A stretch of DNA of 64,000 nt, taken from contig CM022677.1 in NCBI GenBank assembly GCA_012295275.1, positions 2,542,001 through 2,606,000 on the forward strand, written 5' to 3'. The notes below the pieces were generated by a model. It saw only the letters and a list, made by a program, of their open reading frames with translations. It had not been told where the DNA came from and searched no databases. Position 1 is the first letter of the stretch, and each line of letters begins with the position of its first letter. Of this stretch, positions 54,201 through 64,000 are shown piece by piece. This DNA comes from Chrysomallon squamiferum. Taxonomy: Eukaryota; Animalia; Mollusca. Made by a program: the position numbers and the translations under genes.

Positions 54201-54860
54201 ACCATTTTCTGCAGAAGTTTGGCCTGGGGAGAAATGAAAGTAAACTTACATTGTGACAAAATAAGAATCAATTTATGTTGTGGTATACAACATGGAGTGT
54301 TATGATTGGAATCCATACAGAAATAACATTTAATTTTATGCCTGCTGGCCATACCAAGTTCACACCAGACTGGTGTTTTGGTTTATTAAAGCAGAAGTTC
54401 AAACGTTCAGAAGTGGATTACTTGCCTATTTGTGTCAAGTTGTTGAATCCAGCACAACAAAGGTAATCAACCAAATTGTAGGTACTGAAATCGGAGATAC
54501 GCATGTGACAATATATGACTGGCAGGTGTACTTTGATGGGTGGTTTTGTCCTCTTAAACAGTGAAGGCACAACTAACAAGACTTTCAGAACCTATACCCC
54601 CTCCTGGGATTCCAGCTGGCTGACAGGAATACCTTCACCTCAGCATTCAACCTTTTGTTAGACAAGACATGCGGGATCTCGAAGTGGATTACTTGCCTAT
54701 TTGTGTCAAGTTGTTGAATCCAGCACAACAAAGGTAATCAACCAAATTGTATGTTCTGAAACCAGAGATGTGAATGTAACAGTATATGACTGCAGGTGGA
54801 ATACCTTCACCACATCATTCAACCTTTTGTTAGACAAGATATGCAGGATCTCGTCTGCCC
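51300..54860 (+). mobile_element. Sola-like DNA transposase relic with spliceosomal introns
   Basis: Acidic N-terminus + FDCNCK...GCISQFS (51370-51710); exon ~52257-52414 ending in GTAAGT; exon ~52758-53030 (VQFLQHFVEDHALILSGQVPGFKRSDV) ending in GTAAGT; catalytic-region VISLLHHFLQKFGLG...NKNQFMLWY...FMPAGHTKFTPDWCFGLLKQKFKR (~54180-54420). Superfamily name is from recalled motif similarity. Confidence 0.7.
53576..54100. mobile_element. Probable truncated non-autonomous DNA element end inside the Sola-like relic
   Basis: Abrupt compositional change starting GGGTCATTCCGTGTCAAACCACCC after ATAT, followed by GAAACTTGG/CATATCTC/TGACCTT motifs common in invertebrate MITEs. No matching opposite TIR found. 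Confidence 0.45.
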
Positions 54861-57800
54861 ATAGAATGTTTTATTTTATTGCAGATACATTAACACTGAC
54901 TTGAAACTGTTGGTAATTCTCAAATTACACTGTTGGATGTTCGCATGTCACAATTGTGACAATTCTATATACTGCATATAAATAACGGTTGTATTACTTT
55001 TTAATTGTTATTATTATTTCTTGAGAATTAATATTATGAGAAGGTAACACTATCAAAGTGTGTCAGTCTATTTCAGTGTATTGTATGAAAGCATGTACAG
55101 TAATTAAATATTAGAAAACATTCTCTTTTTAAATTGGTTACCCATTGTCGTGATCCACACTTACATACATGTTATCCTTAAACGAAAATAGTTTGTTTTT
55201 TGTTTATTATAAAGGAAGAAACATATCTTTGTTATTCAAGGTTTTATCAGAGAAATTTAATTATAACAATTTTAAAAAAGAAATTGAAATGCAAGGAATG
55301 TGTTTAATTGGTATCAGTGGGTGCAGCATGGTGTGATCTGTTCAAAGCTTGGTGTGGCACTATTCTTTAACTGGCTAGGAAAAGTTCTATAATTAGTAGC
55401 ATTGATCTAGCTGGTCCTTTTTAGTTGTTTGTCCTTTTGTTTGTGGATGCTCTAAAAAGGTGCATTTTTACTTATTTTATATAAAATATTGTGCAAAAAG
55501 TAAAATAGATATTGCCTTCAAACAGATATTGCAGAATTCTTTAGTGAACTAAATTTGATAAGCAGGCCAAATTTCATGAACGTACAATAATGGTTCCTAC
55601 AGAAAATGTTACAAAGAACTTTGTGTATCTTTGAGTGTGATTTTCTCAAAAACTAATAGTTAACATGTAAAATTACATGTATACATGTATGTCAGGAAAT
55701 ATTTGTTTGATTTTTAAATGGTTTTCACCAACCAAAAAAATGCATAAAAGGTACTTTTAGAAAAGCTTAAAACCTCAAAATATGTTCTTGGTGAAATAAG
55801 AATCATTTCATGGTGGTGGGTCACAATTATTTAGTTTTCATTTATTTTATTTGTTTTATTTTTTTTTTTTTTATATTACTCAGTTAGGTCTAAATTAGCA
55901 AAATTTACAAACTTTATTTGGAATCACAGTAATAATTCTTCTCTCTTCTTATTTTGTGATGTTTCCTCAAATAAAATTATTTTAAGTTATGAAATGGCTT
56001 GATACATTACTACAAATATAGAAAGTAAGCTCTGAACTTAAAAATTATTATTACTACATTTTGAATGAAATAATTTTAGTACCTATACATAATGACATTT
56101 ATATTTTTCATTTGAAATCTTTGTTTTGTTTCTTTCAGTCAAGAAGGTGATTTTGCAAATGAGATGGAATTATTATGAAGGTTCCAGAAAAGAAAACTGT
56201 AATGAAGTATGTTTATTTCGTTTGTGTAAATGTTGAATAGAGTTTATTTTTTCCATTGACATTGAAAAATATCTGGAGATGTTAACTTAGATTATATTTT
56301 TGCAGTTTTACAGTTTTTCTTATTGTGTGGATTGCAGCTTTTTACTTTATTTATTTTTAGTAGCTTTCACTCATGTGTTTCCATTTATTTATTATAAATA
56401 AAACTGGATAGTGGATAGCTAGAAAATATCAACATTTTTGTTTTTAACTGGCATAAAATAATTTATAATTAGTGTTAGTTGTGCTTATCCAGTATATAGA
56501 GTAATTAGTTGTAATGCTATCCTTCTTTCCTAAACTTGCTCTTTCTAGACAAGATGCAGAAGCGAAATAGTTCTGACATGGATCAGACCTTGTCATAATT
56601 TGCATGCCAGCCTAATTGAGCACATTTGTAATTTGCTGTTACTAATATTGATTACATAAACTACATAGATTAACTACAGGCAAAAGTTATTTACAATATT
56701 AAACTGATTGAAATTAAGAATATAAAAACCTTTAATAACTTATTTTTATTATTAAAATAGAAAATTGGACTAAAATTCTTCTTGCTAAGACAGTGAAATG
56801 CAATTAGAGCTGACAACAAATACTGCTTGCACTTTATTTTATGTTTAGTTTATTAATGAATATTATATTTTGTTGTAGGATCCTAGACAACAGATTCAAG
56901 CTGCGAACATTCAGAGTTCTCCAAGAGACTGCATTGTCAATGTGATCAGAACATCCAGTTCACACATTGTACTTCATAGCAGCTTGCACTGTTTTTATCA
57001 TTGATGTGTGCTTGGTTATTCTCATTTTTCTCACTGAAAAAGTAATGGAGATTAATCATTGCTGAGGAATGCCATCTAAATGAAGAAAACTAAAATAATG
57101 TGATGGTGCACAGAGATGTTAATTTTTTTGGATCATCTAATTTTTATATTATTTAAATCAGAGGAAAATCCATGGTTTGCTGGGGCAATCAATGTAAATA
57201 CATTTAAAACTATGTAATTAGGGGTGATTAGAATTTAATACATTTAAAAAGAAAAAAATCACAAAATTTTTAATATTATTTAGATCAAGGGAAATCAAGA
57301 ATTTGTTAGGGGTAATTAATGTAAATGTAATTGAACATTATGTAAGTAGGGGTGATTGGAAATTTTATATTTTAAAAAAAAAATCACAAAAAAGTGACAC
57401 AAAGTTTTCTTTATATTATTTAAAATGGGGGAATCAAAAGTTTGTTGGGGGTAATTAGTGAATATATAGTTGTAGGTTTACTAATTAGAGGTAATTAGAA
57501 TTTTTAATAAAAAATAAAAAAAAATAATAATTTATTTCTAATGTAAACTGTTAATTAATTTAAATTTTATTTGCATTAACCATGACTTTGTTATTTTTAA
57601 TTAGAAGAAACATGATCTTCAAGTTGAAATTACTTAAAAACCTGCCTAGATAATAAAACTTAAATATTCAGTTATTTCTGTTTAGACATTTCTGCCAGTT
57701 TTTATAATTTGCCTTTCCCATTTTAGAAAGAATATTATAATTATTTCTATAAGAAATCATTAAAAATAGAAAATAAAATTAAAAACAAGTAAGAGAAAAA

Positions 57801-58673
57801 ATGTGCATAAATGGTATTTTATAATTTGCCTTTCACATTTTGGAAAATTCAAAAATCAATTTCAAAAATGTTCAATTTATAGTCTGTATTTTCTGTTTAA
57901 TTTCCTGTCTTGAGAAACAAATGTGAATTTGTATACAACACAACACTGTAAGTCTTGAGCAGTCAAAATCATTCTGCATGTTGTTATTAATCAAACTGAA
58001 TTTTGTTAAACAGGAAATATAATTACAATAGCATTTTAAGATAAAACTAAACCCCACTTTTCTAACAATGCATTCCAATAATGAATTACAGTGGCGTATT
58101 ATGAACCAATTTCACTTTCATAGCTGTCATAATGAAACCATAATTAAGCAAATTAAGTTTGATTTTATTTTATTTTATTTTTTCTTAATTTCTGAAAAGG
58201 TCTTGTATGTTCGTTTTAAAATTAATTATTATGAAATACTTTTGCAATGTTGATTGTAAAATTGTGTTTAATTCTTTCTTTATGATAACAACTGAAATCA
58301 AGTAATAATAATAATAATAATAATAATAATATAAATAATAAAAGTTTATTCGTATGATATCTGCTTGGTTTTATATAATATTATCAACTGGTTGAATAAT
58401 TCTTATTTAAAATTGTCATTCGATAGTAAACATGGAGTAAAACACGTGTAGCAGATTCAGTGTGTCACCCGAGGTTTCGATTACGTCATCAGTTTTACAG
58501 GCTAAGACAATGTTGAGTTTTTTTTTTTTAAAAACAAAACAAAAGAATACCGGAAAAGGTGAAGATTGTGAAATGAATATAAAATATATTATTTTTGCTG
58601 ATTCTACATTTTGCTTTATAAACTGCGCTGCTGGATAAGCTTAATCTTTCTTTTATTATTATTATTATTATTA

Positions 58674-58716
<43 letters not shown>

Positions 58717-59245
58717 TTCTTAAAGTATATAAGAATAAAAATGAGACTGCTTAAAAAATAACGTTATTTTCTTTATTTGTAGGGCGTATTGCAGTTTTAA
58801 TCAGTCAGATAGTGATATATATATAATATTAATATACTTCAGAAAACATTAGTAATTAGAGGATAAATTATCAGTAGAATTAGACTAGGACAGATAACAC
58901 ATTGATCTCGCAGTTTCCTTTTTATTTAAAATCCCTAAATAAGAGAATATTACTCTGTAGTTCTAGATATTACAAGGGACTTGCAGTTATCACAATAATC
59001 AGTATAACAGAAAAACACACTGATCTCATCTTTTCCTGTCTCTAAAACAAATTATATTTTTAAAAAATAACAACAAGAACAACGAAAACAAACAAAAACA
59101 AAAAAGCTTACCAAAACAGATTCAGCAAAATAATTAAAATGTTAAAGCTGCATACGTCAGTTTATTTTATCACAATTTCTCGAAATGTTCTGCATACCCA
59201 GGCTCCAATCTTATTATTTATATTTTTTATTATATTTTTTTTATT

Positions 59246-59297
<52 letters not shown>

Positions 59298-60758
59298 GAT
59301 ACATAGATCTCTTCCTACAATAGGAGTAATTTCTCAGCTCAGTTTGCAAGAGATTAATAACAGATATTTGTAAGCGTAATTTTCTGAAAATAATTTGAGA
59401 TTGCTCGACAGTATTCACGTGTTTATATACTACCAGCTGAGCAGTTTACACGAATAAATTACGATCTATCTTAATAAATGTACCACTGTTATTTTATTAA
59501 GTTTACCTCTGTTTGCTTCATAACAAAAATTGATATTGTCAGTATAATCTTGGATACAGCTAAAGGAATACCATCGACTTTTCAAGAATAACCTTGATTC
59601 AGCGCTGGACTTCTAAATTCAGAAATAAACAACTTAATGACTACATATACAGGGGAAGCCACTCTATTGAGACAATATGTTTCTGTTAAGCTGAGCTACA
59701 ATTTGTTCTCAAAAAAAATAAATAAATAAATAAATAAATCAATCAATAAATAATACAGAACACGTGAGAAGTTACATTTTTCTTTAATCACAAAATTGCA
59801 AAGCAAACGACTTAAAATTAAAATTCACAGAGATAAACGAAGTTTTCTGTTTTGTAAAACGCGACGTAACTCTCGTTTCATATATAAAACCAGCGACGTT
59901 TATATTATAAACTGATACTGAGTTAAAATAACCTGATGTTTTATTATGTTTTCCTCTTTTTTGCATCATAAAAAATACTGATAATTTCACTTACAGTTAC
60001 ATTTTATTCTACTAGGAGATATATCCATTGTATTAATATTATAATTTGTAAGATATATCATAGAAAACATGCCTGGCCTCCTGAACTAGTGTTTTATGAG
60101 ATATGAGGATGTGTTTAGTTAGCTAGACGAAATATATCATTTGTTTCATCCTATTAAAACATAACAATAATGTCTTTACTGTCAAGTAAATATTAATGTT
60201 TCTTTTCCAGTTATGAATAAAACCTCACCTGAAACTTTTAAAATATCAGATTAAACTGGCGCCTTCTCATCTACATAATATGTCTAATATTATAAACATC
60301 CAGTATCAACTATTTAAACTGTGAAGTATTGTCGGTATTAAAATTTAAATTTATTTATTTATTTTCTTATTTATTTATTTTCGTAAACACAACAAAACAC
60401 TACAATAATACTAATTAAAATGATAAATATAATAATAATTAAGACAGACTATAGAAACAAGGGAAAAGAAATAAGTAAGAAAGGAAATAAAATGATTATT
60501 TCATGCATATTCTTTATTTTTGGTGGAACCTCACTTTATTCATATAAAACTGAAATCTTATTTGTTCATAGAACGTAAATTCTGTCCAGCGTCACAAATT
60601 ATGTCTAAAACAACTCCACTGTACGTCAGAAAACTAATTAAAAACACAATAAACGAAAATCACCTTCATCTTTCTCCATCTCACTGACTCCAGCTTAGAA
60701 AAAGTATATTTCTAAAATATACCCAACGCTTTGCCAGGAACTTAACTACTACTATCAG

Positions 60759-60846
<88 letters not shown>

Positions 60847-61949
60847 TGCACATATATATATATTTATCTTTATTAAACAGAGAAAGGATGGTCAGTAAAT
60901 AAGTGTGAACAAGATTGTGTTTATGCTGTTTATTTATTTTAGATAGATTAGATTTAGATTTGGGGTAGTTTTACTTAGAGACAGGCATATGTAAGAATAT
61001 ACTGAGTATTTATTTTTGGGAGGGTTATAAAGAGGTGATGTGTGAATAAAAATGTGTTTATGTATATATATTTGTTAGGTAAGCTATGTCTGCAGATGTG
61101 AAAGCTGGAGTGCATATGTAAGAAAGAGTGAGTATTTCTCTTTGTGAGCAAGACAGAGAATACATGCATGTTCAAAAATACTCTTAAATACATACACTTC
61201 TGTCTATACTCTGTTCTCCTGTCTTTCTATCTATATATAGATATTGGAAAAAATAGCAGTACCCTATGTATCCACACTCGCTCTAACACACAGACACATA
61301 TTATAGAGCTTTACACATTTACACACACATCTTTTACATTGACATATATCTTGCTATCTCTCTTTGTCTATCTTTCTTTTTGTCTCTCTGTCTACCTATG
61401 TATCTATCTATAATACATATGCACTCTCAAAAACACAGATAAAACACACACAAAACCGCAAATGATATACCCATTCTTTCTAACTCATATTCTCACAGTT
61501 TCTTACTCAAATACTCGAATCAACCTATAAGACATGTTCATCATTTCATATTCACTCTCTAAAAAATCTCTTTCACCCACACACACACACACACACACAC
61601 GTATATCTAACACCACATATATATAGTCACACTTTATTATATACCCCATATTACCATCGTACAGTTGTTTACATCTATCATGTCTCTTAATCAGTTTGTC
61701 TCTGTGTTCCTATATCTATCAGTATGTTCCTATGTGGCTTTGTATTTATCTTTGTTCCTTTCTATCAGTCTATTTATCTTCCTACAAACAATCTGTCAGT
61801 CTGTCTAAGTTTTTATCTGTATCAAACTCTCTCTACCTCTGAGTCTCTGTGTCTCACTCGCCTCCTGCATGCATAACAACTTTCAAAATACATGTTTATC
61901 TTTCTGTTTGTCTGTCCATTTATAACCCATACAAAAGTACATGATAAGC

Positions 61950-62072
<123 letters not shown>

Positions 62073-62445
62073 ATATATATATCAGTCTACCTAAAAGTCT
62101 CTACATTTCTGTTGTCTCTTCAATAGCTGCTGAATTTTCTAACCTGATTCTACTGTTGGCATAGTTCACACAACAACAACATACACATATCTGTAATTTC
62201 ACCTATTTTCTGCTTTATTTAGTTTTGAATGACACCCAACAGCGACATTTATTTTTGTTCTGCAGTGTCGTTTAACAGACAAAAAGAAAGAAACCAAATT
62301 TCACCTATAACGTGAAATAATAATAATAATAAAGATAATGATATATTATGATAATGATGATACAATAAGAAGAAGAAAATGAAATGTAATAATAACAAAC
62401 ATGAAAGACAATAACAAATATATACAGAACAGTATTGATGAAGAA

Positions 62446-62476
<31 letters not shown>

Positions 62477-64000
62477 CACACACACACACATGCAGATACT
62501 ATTCACTTTGACACAGTGATGTTAGACTAATTGTGCTTGAAATATTTTAATATATGATCTATTTTTCTTTACAGACTTTTTCTACTATGCAAATTGCTTT
62601 ATAAAATGGATAAAATGTTAAATACTTTGTGTATATATATATATATATGACAGAGATAAAGAGTATATGTAGGTTTCAGTCTGTATTGTTCGTTTCCTGC
62701 TGCATAAGAACGTGTGTTGTTTTTGCCTCTGATCAGTAGAGAAATAAACTTGTTTTTCTTAAATATTTTAATGTTGTTGTTGTTTTTTATTACTGAAAGA
62801 AACAGATCCCTGTCAATACCTCCTCCACTCACACAAACACAAACCAGTGGACTTTGTACAGGACAATACTGATAGATGAAATTAACTGATATATATTTCA
62901 CACTAAGGTGTGCAATGTTGGCAAAAGGAGGTGATTACATTTTCTCTACACTGTCGTGTCCCCGTGCAGAGATTTGAGTTGTTTTATTTTATTAAATGTT
63001 TTTCTAATTAACTCTTGGTTAATTCACTGTAACAGATCATATTTAGTATTGTAACAGCTTTATTTATTCTCAGAGACGTCAGTTGTTAGCCTGCCATTTT
63101 CTGTCACTTTACTAAATATATAATAAAACAAAACCATTTTATGCAATTAATTCCATATCAGTAATTTTATTATTTTTTTACAGACACTGCCTGTGTGATT
63201 ATCATCTTGAAAGTATATGACATTTTATCTCAGGCTGAGAATGTCGTCAGTAATACTAATAGAAACCGATTCCACTCCCTGCTTCCAAGGCAGTACAGTT
63301 CTCTCCCTTGAATCACAATGGCCGCCTCCTAGTCTAATTCCTTGTGGTTATTTTGAAAGTGTCTTTGATTGATTCTGTACTGCTTCAAGCCTTCTATCAA
63401 CCATCATCATGTCAGTGTTTGTAAAACATAGAGGTAGACCTTTGCAATCCCTTTTTTTCAAAGGAAATAAGCCCTTGAAAGTTGTTATAAATGATGGTAA
63501 GCGTGTCTGTGTGTCTACCAAGAAACAACGAATCTGCTGAATGTTTAGTAGAAACTATACCAAGTGATATTCCTGAAAAAGAAAGGCCACACCCACTCGA
63601 TCTCGGACTGCTCAGGGCATTGAGATTGTTATTGTCGGGTCCTGAATGACAAAGGGTCGCTCTTCAAAGGTTGGTGTTACAAGAGGTATGGCATGTGAGA
63701 CAGGAAATGTCCTTGACACTGGTACCTTTACAAAACCTGAAAGTCTTGTGACTATTACAACAAACCGGACAAGAATACTGATGCATGTGACGAGTACAAT
63801 ACCCAGGGACTTCTGGCAGGATAGAAGCCCAAATTGCAAGTGAAATGTTTGGCCATTCTGTAACACAATATAACATTTGCTTACATTTATTTATCTTAGT
63901 GTGTAGTCAAACTTCATGCATATATGTTTTCGGTTTTCTACAATAACACATTTTGTTATTGGTATTGATACTTTCTGTAGTATTTTAATTGTTGGTCTTT

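Noticed and set aside
57170-57510. Degenerate ~120-bp repeats with GGGG runs as telomeric or G-quadruplex elements
   Set aside because: G-runs are too widely spaced and there is no TTAGGG array; looks like an old tandem repeat.

Overview
AT-rich, microsatellite-dense eukaryotic (metazoan, probably invertebrate/mollusc-like; inference) genomic DNA with one 200-N assembly gap (37325-37524). I could not support any intact protein-coding gene. Main contents: (1) a decayed multi-exon + strand gene (~1.9-31.7 kb) whose exons splice into an unusual LRR-like + C-terminal RRM protein, with a nested transposon pile in its introns (RTE-X-like LINE interrupted by Tc1, piggyBac-like and Ginger2/KRBA2-like elements; a MULE inside a satellite; a minisatellite-bearing element); (2) two tandem, single-coding-exon prolyl 4-hydroxylase alpha (P4HA) copies on the - strand, each disabled by different lesions and each preceded by an inverted (antisense) P4HA relic; (3) a decayed - strand exon series with a tandemly duplicated exon, a paralogous copy of the first gene's 5' end, and an intron-containing Sola-like transposase relic. 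All translations and alignments were done by eye; no database searches were run.
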